64,000 bases of DNA. Source: Anaerolineales bacterium (GTDB lineage Bacteria; Chloroflexota; Anaerolineae; Anaerolineales; UBA11858). Positions 36,936-46,176 of the stretch are shown piece after piece. Position numbers and translations under genes: made by a program. The notes under the pieces are model-generated. The model made no database searches, was not told the origin of the DNA, and saw nothing but the letters and a program-made list of their open reading frames with translations. The stretch lies in contig JAWODY010000005.1 of NCBI GenBank assembly GCA_046483045.1, forward strand, positions 512-64,511, written 5' to 3'. Within the stretch, counting starts at the first letter, position 1. Each line of letters opens with the position of its first letter.

Positions 36936-37289
36936 TTATGCATTATTATTCCAGGGCAAGCAGCCGGAAAGTTCAATCTCCAATGTGAAGCTGAGAAAGG
37001 TGCGTATCAACACAATGATGGTTAGAACCCCGACTGTTTCGAACGTCAAGTCGACTGCCACGGTGTGAATGATATCTGCTGCAACGAGAAACTCCAAGCC
37101 GAGCAGGATCCCCTGTCCCAGGCGCTGGCGGACCTGATCAAATACCAGATGTCTTTTATCCAGGTGTATTAACTGTATAGCGCCAAAAATAATTGCGTAG
37201 ATGCCAAGGGAGAGGATTATGATAGTCCCTATTAGCTCCAAAGTTGCTGAAGCCCAAACTGCGATTGGTTTTATTGACTCAATCATCAT
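36936..37289 (-). CDS. DUF1622 small membrane protein
   Basis: LGQGILLGLEFLVAADIIHTV. Confidence 0.65.
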   Translation of the reverse strand: MMIESIKPIAVWASATLELIGTIIILSLGIYAIIFGAIQLIHLDKRHLVFDQVRQRLGQGILLGLEFLVAADIIHTVAVDLTFETVGVLTIIVLIRTFLSFTLEIELSGCLPWNNNA

Positions 37290-38230
37290 GACTCCATTTT
37301 GGTCTGCATGTAAATAAATAAACTCACCTGTCTCTGGGGTCAGGTTTTATAGATTATATATCAAGAAACGTCATGATGAGAAGGAGTCAGACATTAAGAC
37401 TGCCCGGATCCCAGGTGGAGGACGCTGCCGGCCGATTACCTGCATCCACTGGAGGCAAGCCCTGAATCCCTCTTTCAAGCGGTTCTATGACCTCGGTGAT
37501 CAAAAATATATCGAGACTGACAGAGAGGGGAAAATCCACCCGACCAAACAGCGCTTTTTCGGAGTTCCCTGGGCCGTTTTCTCAAGCTCCATTCATCTGG
37601 ATAAGAAGACAATCACGGTTCTTCCTTCCCTGGAAATCGTCATATAATCTATTTTTTTCCGGGAAAGCAAATAGTCATCATTTCCTGACTGGGGGTAATA
37701 CAGCCTGCATGGTGTTGGTGTTCACGGGTTACCTCTTTTCTGAGGTGATCCAAACCTGAACTTGTAAAGTTCTGATTCTGGTCAGGCCGATATTGGTAGA
37801 TTCCATTTGGGGGCTTGTCGAAGGCATGGGTGATCCGGAAAGCGACCTCCAGCGCAGTGCGTATTTTTCGTGCTTGATGGCGGTGATCGTTTGTCTGGTG
37901 ATCGCCAATGGAGCGGAAGATCCCTTGATGAAATGGGTGGGAGGGGGGGATCCGGTAGTCTTTTAACGGATTGAGGGGGAGGGCAACCGGGTCTGATAAA
38001 TTTGTAATGCATTTCAATGCTGAAAATCACTTTATCGGCCAGGAAGTGAGTTTCTTCACTTTTCAGGGTACAAAAATATACCGAATCATCTTATAATAGC
38101 TGAGTATGTGAAAAAGTTTACAAGCAGGCCTCATGTCAACCGCTGTATATTTGAAACCATAAGCACGCTGTTCCCACAATCAACCGTAGAGTTTTTCCCT
38201 GGTTAGTTACCACGCAAAAGGTGTTCATCT

Positions 38231-40036
38231 ATGAAAGGAAAAATTTCCAGTATTATCAAGAAATATGATCAGGATGGAGGCAGGCTGCTGGATATGCTGC
38301 TGGATATCCAAGGTGAGTTCTCCTGCATCCCCGAGGAAGCTGTTGGGGTGCTGGCCGAAGAGCTCGAGATGTCAGAGGTTAATATCGAAGAGACTGTTTC
38401 CTTTTACCATTTCTTCACCCGGGAGCCTGCGGGCAAATACGCCGTTTACCTCAACAATAGTCCGGTTTCTTTCATGTATGGTCGAGCCGAGGTTGCCGAA
38501 ACCTTCGAGAAGGAAGTAGGCGTGTCCTTCAATGAGGTCACCGAAGATGGTCTGATCGGCCTCTGGGAAACGGCTGACATTGGCATGAACGATCAGGAAC
38601 CGGCAGCCATCATCAATGATACCCTGTTCACCGAACTTACGCCCGCCAAGGTCAAGAAAATTGTCCGGGCCATGAAGGAGGGCAAGGAGATCGAGGAGAT
38701 CGCTGAGGATGTCGCGGAGGCGATGTACAACCGGGACGGCCTGCAGACGATGGTCAAGAATAACCTGCACGCCAAGGGGACCGTGCTTTTTTCCGAAGTT
38801 GAGTTGGGGAAGGCTTTGAAAAAAGCCGTTGAATTAACTCCTGAAGAGATTGTGGAAGAGATCAAAGACTCCAATCTCCGCGGACGGGGCGGCGCCGGCT
38901 TTCCCACCGGCTTGAAATGGGATTTTTGCCGCCGTTCCCAGGGTGAAAGGGTGTATTTGATTTGCAACGCGGACGAGGGAGAGCCGGGAACCTTCAAAGA
39001 TCGGGTGATCATGACCCAGCTTCCCGAACAGCTTTTTGAAAGCATGGCCATCGCCGCCTATGCCCTGGAGGCTCAGGAAGGATTTGTCTACCTGCGGTAC
39101 GAATACAGCTACATGAAGGATTATCTGGAAGGTGTTCTGCAAAAGATGCGGGATGACAATTTACTGGGGAAGAACATCCTCGGGAAAGAAGGTTTTGACT
39201 TTGATATCCGAATTCAGCTCGGGGCTGGATCTTATGTTTGCGGCGCAGAATCGGCCTTGATTGAATCCTTGGAAGGCAAACGCGGAGAACCCAGAAACCG
39301 CCCGCCTTTCCCGGTCCAGCGGGGATACCAGGATTATCCCACTGTGGTCAACAATGTGGAAACCCTGGCCAAGGTGGCCCCGATTATGATCCGGGGGGCA
39401 GACTGGTTCAAATCCATCGGGACCAAAGAATCCGCTGGCACAAAGCTGCTGAGCATTTCGGGCGATTGTCAGGAACCGGGTGTGTATGAAATGGAATGGG
39501 GGATGACGATCAGGGAAATGCTGGAGATGGTTGGAGCGCCTGATACCCAGGCGGTGATCGTGGGCGGTCCTTCGGGCGTGTGCATCGATCCCACCCACTT
39601 CGGACGCAGTGTGGCCTTCGAGGATCTTGCCACCGGGGGATCAATGATCCTGGTCGGCGAGCAGCGTGATCTCCTGGAAGAATTCATCCTGCCCTTTACC
39701 AACTTCTTCATCGAAGAATCCTGCGGCTCCTGCACACCCTGCCGGGATCTGACCGTGATCCTGCGAGATAAGCTGCTAAAAATCCTGAACGGCAACGGCT
39801 CGCAAAAGGATATTGATGAGCTGTACGAATGGGGCCAGATGGGTAAGGATGCCAACCGGTGCGGACTGGGACAGACCTCCGCGAACCCCATCCTGACCAC
39901 CATAGAGAATTTCAGAAACCTTTACGAAGAACGGGTACAGACCGATGAGGACTACGTATCGACCTTTGACTTTGAGAAGGCGGTTGCGGATTCCTGCGAA
40001 GCGGTCGGCAGAGTCCCGAATATTCCCTCCCACTAA
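38231..40036 (+). CDS. hoxF: NAD(P)-linked hydrogenase diaphorase subunit HoxF (NuoF-like with a Cys-less NuoE-like N-domain)
   Basis: GRGGAGFPTGLKW (FMN/NADH site) and ESCGSCTPCRD (N3 cluster). The first ~160 aa are NuoE-like but contain only one Cys. Confidence 0.9.
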   Translation: MKGKISSIIKKYDQDGGRLLDMLLDIQGEFSCIPEEAVGVLAEELEMSEVNIEETVSFYHFFTREPAGKYAVYLNNSPVSFMYGRAEVAETFEKEVGVSFNEVTEDGLIGLWETADIGMNDQEPAAIINDTLFTELTPAKVKKIVRAMKEGKEIEEIAEDVAEAMYNRDGLQTMVKNNLHAKGTVLFSEVELGKALKKAVELTPEEIVEEIKDSNLRGRGGAGFPTGLKWDFCRRSQGERVYLICNADEGEPGTFKDRVIMTQLPEQLFESMAIAAYALEAQEGFVYLRYEYSYMKDYLEGVLQKMRDDNLLGKNILGKEGFDFDIRIQLGAGSYVCGAESALIESLEGKRGEPRNRPPFPVQRGYQDYPTVVNNVETLAKVAPIMIRGADWFKSIGTKESAGTKLLSISGDCQEPGVYEMEWGMTIREMLEMVGAPDTQAVIVGGPSGVCIDPTHFGRSVAFEDLATGGSMILVGEQRDLLEEFILPFTNFFIEESCGSCTPCRDLTVILRDKLLKILNGNGSQKDIDELYEWGQMGKDANRCGLGQTSANPILTTIENFRNLYEERVQTDEDYVSTFDFEKAVADSCEAVGRVPNIPSH

Positions 40037-40062
40037 GCCTAACCAAAAAAAGTGGACATGAT

Positions 40063-40764
40063 ATGAAAAAAAATGGAAAACTATACTTTGAAATCGATGG
40101 CAAGCCGTGCTACGCAGAAGAAGGGCAGTCGATCATAGATGCTGCCAAGGAAAACGGGGTCTTCATCCCTTCCCTCTGTCACCTGGAAGGCGTAAAACCG
40201 GCCGGCTCCTGCCGGATCTGCAATGTGAAGGTGGACGGCCGCAACATGACGGCCTGCACCACGCCAGTGGAAGACGGCATGATCGTCGAGAATGACATTC
40301 CCGAACTCACGGAGCTTCGGAAAGCGATCGTGGAGACGTTGTTTGTCTCCGGAAATCACCACTGCCCGACCTGTGAGAAGAGCGGCAACTGCGAGCTACA
40401 GGCCCTGGCCTACCGTTTTCAGTTGTTGGTGCCCCGCTTTCCCTATAAATTCCCTGAAAAGGGCGTCAACCCCCGCTCGGATCAAATTTACCATGACCGC
40501 AACCGCTGCATCCTGTGCAAGCGCTGCATTCGAACAGTGACCAAGGATGGGAAGCATGTCTTTGCTTACCATGGTCGGGGCGGTGAGCATCTGCACGTGG
40601 CAATTGACGAAGAACTGGCTTCCCAGCTGACGGACGAGGAAGTCCTGGAGGCCATGGAAAACTGCCCAGTGGGCGCTATCCTCAAGAAAGAACGCGGTTT
40701 TGAGGTGCCAATCGGGGAGCGTAAATACGATCACCAGCCCATTGGCAGCGAGATTGAAAACTAA
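40063..40764 (+). CDS. hoxU: Hydrogenase diaphorase Fe-S subunit HoxU (NuoG N-terminal-like)
   Basis: The 2Fe-2S site is CHLEG..GSCRICNVKVDG..C. Also HHCPTCEKSGNCELQ, CILCKRC and CPVGA. Confidence 0.9.
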   Translation: MKKNGKLYFEIDGKPCYAEEGQSIIDAAKENGVFIPSLCHLEGVKPAGSCRICNVKVDGRNMTACTTPVEDGMIVENDIPELTELRKAIVETLFVSGNHHCPTCEKSGNCELQALAYRFQLLVPRFPYKFPEKGVNPRSDQIYHDRNRCILCKRCIRTVTKDGKHVFAYHGRGGEHLHVAIDEELASQLTDEEVLEAMENCPVGAILKKERGFEVPIGERKYDHQPIGSEIEN

Positions 40765-40786
40765 TTGACCAGACAGGACGAAAACT

Positions 40787-41335
40787 ATGAGTAAACCAAT
40801 TGTCGCAACCACTTCTCTGGCAGGATGCTTTGGCTGCCATATGTCTTTCCTGGATATCGACGAAAGGATATTGGAGTTGATTGATCTGGTGGAGTTTCAT
40901 AAGTCCCCGATCAACGATATCAAGGAGTTTACCAAGCAGTGTGATATCGGATTGATTGAAGGCGGATGTGCCAACAGTGAAAACATCGAGGTCTTGAGAG
41001 ACTTCCGGGAACACTGTGATATCCTCGTTTCCCTGGGGGAATGTGCCATTATGGGTGGCCTGCCTTCCCTCCGCAACGGCATCCCTGTTAAAGAATGCAT
41101 TCATGAAGCCTATCTCGACGGCCCTACCGTGGGGTCCAACACCCAGAAAGTGCTGCCTAACGACGATGAACTGCCTATGATTCTGGATCGGGTTTATCCC
41201 TGCCATGAGGTGGTCAAGATCGATTATTACCTTCCGGGCTGTCCGCCCCGGGCTGATCTGATCTGGAATGCTGTCGTGGCCTTGGTCACCGGGGATGAGA
41301 TGGAACTGCCCTACGAACTGGTGAAATTTGATTAA
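40787..41335 (+). CDS. hoxY: [NiFe] hydrogenase small subunit, group 3 type (HoxY)
   Basis: LAGCFGCHMSFLD.., GGC.., GECAIMGG and PGCPP. Confidence 0.9.
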   Translation: MSKPIVATTSLAGCFGCHMSFLDIDERILELIDLVEFHKSPINDIKEFTKQCDIGLIEGGCANSENIEVLRDFREHCDILVSLGECAIMGGLPSLRNGIPVKECIHEAYLDGPTVGSNTQKVLPNDDELPMILDRVYPCHEVVKIDYYLPGCPPRADLIWNAVVALVTGDEMELPYELVKFD

Positions 41336-41350
41336 TCAAAGGATACAGAT

Positions 41351-42802
41351 ATGTCACAGAAAGTTACCATAGAACCTGTCACCAGAGTTGAGGGTCACGG
41401 AAAGGTGACCATTCATCTGGATGATCAGGATCAAGTTGCTCGATCCCGGTTTCACATTGTTGAGTTCAGGGGCTTTGAACGTTTCGTCCAGGGCCGGCCT
41501 TATTGGGAAGCCCCCGTGCTGGTTCAGAGGTTGTGCGGGATTTGTCCCGTAAGCCACCATCTGGCAGCTGCCAAAGCCCTCGATGTGATGGTTGGAGCCG
41601 GAACCGGTGAGGGATTGACCCCCACCGGGGAGAAGATGCGCCGCTTGATGCATTACGGCCAGATTTTCCAGTCTCACGCCCTGCACTTCTTCCACCTGGC
41701 CTCCCCGGATCTGCTCTTTGGTGTGGATGCAGACCCGGCGGTCCGGAACGTGATCGGTTTAGTCATGGAGAACAAGGACCTGGCTGTCCAGGGCGTGATG
41801 ATGAGGAAATTTGGGCAGGAAATCATCCGGGCCACTGCCGGGAAGAAAATCCACGGGACAGGAGCTATCCCGGGCGGGATCAATAAGCACCTCAGCCCGG
41901 AGGATAAGGAAGCCTTCCTGCACGGCGAGGACCCCATGAACATCGATAAGATGATCGAGTGGTCGCAGGGTATCGTCGATTTCTTTAAAGGGTATTATCA
42001 GGAAAATCAAGACTTTATCGATGACTTTGCCAAGTTTCCCTCTAACCACCTAAGTTTGGTCCGGAAAGACGGCGCACTGGACCTGTATCATGGGGTGATC
42101 AGAGCGGTGGATGCTGACGGAAACAAGGTCGTGGACGACGTTGATTCTCAGGATTACGAGCAGGTGATTGAGGAAGAAGTACGCTCCTGGAGCTACATGA
42201 AGTTCCCCTACATCAAATCCCTGGGGCCGGAGAAGGGCTGGTACCGGGTGGGACCGCTGGCCCGGTTGAATACCTGTGATTTCATTCCCACTCCGCTGGC
42301 TCAAGAAGAATACGAGCAGTTCAAAGCGCTGACCCACGGGAAGCCCAACAACCACTGTCTGCACTATCACTATGCCCGCTTGATTGAGATCCTACACTCG
42401 GCCGAGATGATGAAAGAACTGCTGCTCGATCCTGATCTGATGAAGGGCGAACTGGTCACCAAGGGAGAGAAGGCCTACAAAGGCATCGGCCTGCTGGAAG
42501 CTCCCCGGGGAACCCTGTTCCACCACTATGAGATCAACGATGACGATCAGATCACCAAAGCCAACCTGATCGTTTCCACGACTAACAACAACCAGCCCAT
42601 GAACGAATCGGTCAACAGTGTGGCGCACTCCTGGATGGATGGGAAGACGGAGATCACCGAGCCCATGATGAATGCTGTGGAAGTGGCAATCAGGGCTTAT
42701 GATCCCTGTTTGAGCTGTGCCACTCATGCTCTGGGTCAGATGCCCTTGGAACTGTCTTTGTACGATGCCCAGGATCAGCTGATCGATAGGAAAAGGACCT
42801 GA
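41351..42802 (+). CDS. hoxH: [NiFe] hydrogenase large subunit (HoxH)
   Basis: RVEGHGKV, RLCGICPVSH, and a C-terminal DPCLSCATH followed by a cleavable extension. Confidence 0.95.
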   Translation: MSQKVTIEPVTRVEGHGKVTIHLDDQDQVARSRFHIVEFRGFERFVQGRPYWEAPVLVQRLCGICPVSHHLAAAKALDVMVGAGTGEGLTPTGEKMRRLMHYGQIFQSHALHFFHLASPDLLFGVDADPAVRNVIGLVMENKDLAVQGVMMRKFGQEIIRATAGKKIHGTGAIPGGINKHLSPEDKEAFLHGEDPMNIDKMIEWSQGIVDFFKGYYQENQDFIDDFAKFPSNHLSLVRKDGALDLYHGVIRAVDADGNKVVDDVDSQDYEQVIEEEVRSWSYMKFPYIKSLGPEKGWYRVGPLARLNTCDFIPTPLAQEEYEQFKALTHGKPNNHCLHYHYARLIEILHSAEMMKELLLDPDLMKGELVTKGEKAYKGIGLLEAPRGTLFHHYEINDDDQITKANLIVSTTNNNQPMNESVNSVAHSWMDGKTEITEPMMNAVEVAIRAYDPCLSCATHALGQMPLELSLYDAQDQLIDRKRT

Positions 42803-42810
42803 ACGATTTT

Positions 42811-43296
42811 ATGCAGATTTTGGTCTACGGCTACGGCAATCCGGGGAGGCAGGATGATGGGTTGGGCGTAGCCCTGGTGGAAAGGCTGGAAACCTGGGCG
42901 TTGGAAAGTCAGCTCACGGGGGTCAGCTTCGAGAATAATTACCAGTTGAACATCGAGGATGCAGTAGCAATCTCGGACAAAGATGTAGTGATCTTTGTGG
43001 ATGCGTCCCGAGAGGATATTGATGATTTCTGCCTCACCGAGGTGGATGGCAGCGGGAAACTTTCCTTCACCACCCATGCCGCTTCACCGGACTACATTGT
43101 CAAACTTTGCCGGGAGCTCTTTGATTACCAGCCCCGGGCGCTGTTGCTGCACATCAAAGGGTATGAGTGGGATCTGAAAGAGGGGATAACGGAACCGGCC
43201 CGGGATAATCTGGAAAAGGCCGAGCTTTATTTGAAAAGCATCCTGGAAGATCCCCAACCGGCCCTGGCCTCGCAAGAACAACTGAAGACATGTTGA
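42811..43296 (+). CDS. hoxW: Hydrogenase maturation endopeptidase (HoxW)
   Basis: ILVYGYGNPGRQDDGLG..VIFVDA. Confidence 0.85.
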   Translation: MQILVYGYGNPGRQDDGLGVALVERLETWALESQLTGVSFENNYQLNIEDAVAISDKDVVIFVDASREDIDDFCLTEVDGSGKLSFTTHAASPDYIVKLCRELFDYQPRALLLHIKGYEWDLKEGITEPARDNLEKAELYLKSILEDPQPALASQEQLKTC

Positions 43297-43315
43297 ATAA
43301 GGAGGAAAAAATATC

Positions 43316-44296
43316 GTGGATCTCTCCGTAACCTATATGGGGTTGGAACTTGAAAATCCGATAATCGTCAGCAGTTCCCAGCTGACAAGCAAGCTGAAAA
43401 CCGTCAAAAAGGCTGCTGAACATGGGGCAGGGGCGGTTGTCTTGAAATCTCTGTTTGAAGAGCAGCTGCTTGCGGATACTGATCGCTTGCTGGATCAGGA
43501 TGAGCAGTATTTCTGGTTTCCCGAGGCCGTTGATTTCATCAATTCCCATGCCAAAGAGCAGGGGCTAGATGAGTATGTGACCTTGATCGAGGGTTCGAAA
43601 AGCCAGACCTCGGTTCCCATTATCGGCAGCATTAACTGCAACACCGCGCATGAGTGGCCCCGGTTCGCCTCCGCTTTGGAAGAGGCAGGCATCGATGGCC
43701 TGGAGTTGAACATTTCCATCAGGCCCTTTGACCCTGAGCTCACCAGCCAGGAAATCGAGGACAGGTATGTCGAGATCGTCACCGAGGTCAAACAATATGT
43801 CCAGGTGCCGGTGGCCGTGAAGCTTGGCCCGATGTTTACCAATCCTTACCGCCTGGTACAGCAGCTGGAAAGGGCCGGCGCTGATGCCTTGGTGCTTTTC
43901 AATCGGTTTTTCCAGCCGGATATTGACATCGAAAAAGAACGGATAGTCCGGGGCAATAAATTCAGCAGCCCGGAGGAGATGACCGAGCCCCTGCGGTGGG
44001 TTTCGCTGCTTTCCAACCGGGTCAGCTGTGATCTGGCAGGTAACACGGGGATCCACACGGCCGAGGGGGTTGTCAAACACCTGCTGGCCGGTGCGGATGC
44101 GGTTCAGGTTTGCACCACCCTCTGTAAAAACGGCCTGGATTACCTGGAAACCTTGATCTCTGACCTGGCAAGTTGGGGTCAGGAGCAGCATTACTCTTCG
44201 ATTGGTCAATTCCAGGGAAAGTTAAGCAGAGACTCTGAAAATCAAGCTGCCTTTGAACGGGTTCAATACATGAAGAAGACCCTCACGGAAGTCTGA
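43316..44296 (+). CDS. Dihydroorotate dehydrogenase-like (PyrD/PreA-fold, FMN TIM-barrel) protein without an Fe-S domain
   Basis: GLELENPIIVSSS.., GAGAVVLKS and ..ELNIS... It starts 19 nt after hoxW on the same strand. Confidence 0.7.
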   Translation: MDLSVTYMGLELENPIIVSSSQLTSKLKTVKKAAEHGAGAVVLKSLFEEQLLADTDRLLDQDEQYFWFPEAVDFINSHAKEQGLDEYVTLIEGSKSQTSVPIIGSINCNTAHEWPRFASALEEAGIDGLELNISIRPFDPELTSQEIEDRYVEIVTEVKQYVQVPVAVKLGPMFTNPYRLVQQLERAGADALVLFNRFFQPDIDIEKERIVRGNKFSSPEEMTEPLRWVSLLSNRVSCDLAGNTGIHTAEGVVKHLLAGADAVQVCTTLCKNGLDYLETLISDLASWGQEQHYSSIGQFQGKLSRDSENQAAFERVQYMKKTLTEV

Positions 44297-44309
44297 GGTC
44301 AAGCGTCAC

Positions 44310-44537
44310 CTACTCCAAAACGCGTGTTTTATCGTAGGCAGGGTTGTAGTCTTCGGGCACCATCCCGTTTTCTCCAACCCTGTAACCTTTTGAGTTGTAT
44401 CCGGTGGAGCGGATGTTCTGTCCTTCACAGGCGCTGATCCCGACCCACTTGCAGTTCGCCTTGCAGTGCTGTAGGCCGTTGATTTGAACTCCCCAGCATT
44501 CGTCTTCAGAGAGGATGGATGTATCTATTTTTCGCAT
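44310..44537 (-). CDS. Small Cys-containing hypothetical protein (75 aa)
   Basis: Four Cys residues (ECW..HCKANCKW..ACEG). No family recognised. It is preceded by a ~330-nt hairpin-rich leader. Confidence 0.4.
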   Translation of the reverse strand: MRKIDTSILSEDECWGVQINGLQHCKANCKWVGISACEGQNIRSTGYNSKGYRVGENGMVPEDYNPAYDKTRVLE

Positions 44538-44791
44538 AACTTTCCACCTTTGTGATCAATTCAAACCTGGTCCTTACAGCCAACCTCACAGCTAATGAGG
44601 GTTTTTTCTTTTCAAGGTAGCAGGGGTCGTCTGATGAGCAGGGCCAGCATCAACCCCCTGGTTCCTAGGGTTGTTCACTCCGTTCCCGGCTGATGTGAAA
44701 CTGAGCCGTAGCGCTGGGTAGGCAGTACCGCCCCGCGGAACAAGTATACCAAAAAAGTCAAAGGGCCGCGATGCAACGAGCACCGCGGTCG

Positions 44792-44849
44792 GTCCACGGT
44801 GTGCATTGCGAAGTAACCAGACGGACTCATTTGGTGAGGTGAAGCGGGA
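44792..44849 (+). repeat. 58-nt conserved element, copy 1 (GTCCACGGTGTGCATTGCGAAGTAACCAGACGGACTCATTTGGTGAGGTGAAGCGGGA)
   Basis: 51/58 identical to 46177..46234 in the same orientation, by manual alignment. Confidence 0.75.
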
Positions 44850-44871
44850 TTAGCGATCATCACAATAAAGA

Positions 44872-45423
44872 CTACCAGTATTTTGGGTCATTAAGTGAAT
44901 CAGCGCATTTCACTTTTCCGCTCGTGTTTTCGATGATTCCTGGTTTTAGCTCCTTCACCATCCAGGCACCGGCATGTTCTTGTGGTATTGGAAAAGGAGC
45001 TTCAAAGCCCTCTTTTCCAGCAGGTATAAAGCCAAATTTTGGATAGTAATTGGGATGACCCAGCACAAAAACAAGATCAAATTCCATTTCCTTAAGCTGT
45101 TTTATGCCTTCGTTGACCAGAAGGCCTCCGATACCCAGGTTTTGATAAGCAGGCATTACCGCCAGAGGAGCAAGGATGGATGCAGAAACATCCTGGACGG
45201 AATTCATAATTTGAACTTTCGTAAAAAGGATATAGCCAACAATAAGGTCCTCAGCGAAAGCAACAAGAGATAAGAAAGGTTTAGCGGTTGGATCTGCTAA
45301 CGAATCTAAAACCAGATTCGCATTTTCTTTTTCTTCCTGTTGCGATTCATTAAAGGCAGCACTGACAGTATCACTGATTGGTTGTAAATCGGAATGTATT
45401 GATCTTCGAATTTGAACTTGCAT
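44872..45423 (-). CDS. GNAT-family N-acetyltransferase
   Basis: QNLGIGGLLVNEGIKQLKEMEFDLVFVLGHPNYYPKFGF. Confidence 0.8.
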   Translation of the reverse strand: MQVQIRRSIHSDLQPISDTVSAAFNESQQEEKENANLVLDSLADPTAKPFLSLVAFAEDLIVGYILFTKVQIMNSVQDVSASILAPLAVMPAYQNLGIGGLLVNEGIKQLKEMEFDLVFVLGHPNYYPKFGFIPAGKEGFEAPFPIPQEHAGAWMVKELKPGIIENTSGKVKCADSLNDPKYW

Positions 45424-45617
45424 AATATGAATTATCTCATCTCTTAGGAAAAAGTTTTGCGGAACATCCTGGAAGGGCTCATGCCTTGGGGCTTGCTCCT
45501 GATGGTGGATTTACCCATACTTATTTGGCTTAAAATACCGCGTTCTCGCCGCCGCATGGGCGTTTTTTGCCCAATCCCAAGCAGCGGGGGTTAGAAACAA
45601 ACGCGAAATTATGTGCT

Positions 45618-46025
45618 TTATGGCTGAATATTTGGCCATTTAAGAATAAGTATGAATAATAGTAGAGAAAGGTTTATTAGGATGCCAACCAATCCTTGAT
45701 CAGGTAGCTGCTCCAATTTCCCATTCCATAGGATTAAATAAGCCAAAGAAGAAAACGCGATCGCGAAAATAAATATTGCGAGCCACCATGTTTGCTTGAG
45801 GAATAATCCAGTACCAGCAAACATAAAAACAATGACAGATATTAATATAAAAGCGCTGGCAATCAACCTGATCTTATCTCCATTCAGTAAGCTTGAAAAA
45901 ACCCAAGAATCCTCTGGCCACATTAGACATGGTTGGAATTCGAAGAGTTTTTAACTATGGCCAAAATATAGCAGATGAACAAATCCATGAAGCCATAAGA
46001 AAACACCAACTATGATCATAACCAC
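45618..46025 (-). pseudogene. Small membrane protein interrupted by an in-frame TAA
   Basis: AAGGAG lies 6-7 nt before the GTG at 46025. The reading is VVMIIVGVFLWLHGFVHLLYFGHS, then the TAA (45951..45953), then KLFEFQPCLMWPEDSWVFSS.. in the same frame, continuing as track ORF 45618..45923. Confidence 0.6.
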
Positions 46026-46176
46026 GGGAATCTCCTTTACTTGTTTCTCTAAATTTGTTTATAGGTTCCCAACGTAAAAGCCCACTTGCTGCTGGTTTGG
46101 CAAACGCTGATAATTTGATTGTAAACAATTAAACACGCAAAATCGCCGAAGTCCCCCGCCGTACGGTCTGAGACTA

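Noticed and set aside
37649-38017. 122-aa minus-strand ORF upstream of the hox operon
   Set aside because: It has no RBS and no recognisable motif, and its H/Q/P/R-rich composition is unconvincing. It is possibly debris of a lost gene but not supportable as a CDS.
44631-44638. CTGATGAG, the hammerhead-ribozyme core box, inside the hairpin-rich region
   Set aside because: The required GAAA box and the three-stem junction with a UH cleavage site are not present in a compatible arrangement. The motif simply forms part of the TGATG/CATCA stem.
44665-44672. CTAGGGTT, resembling the 5' conserved block of the ykkC (guanidine-I) riboswitch
   Set aside because: The downstream conserved ACGG-GGGA-AAA-CCCGGGAG block is absent on either strand, and no guanidine-related gene follows.
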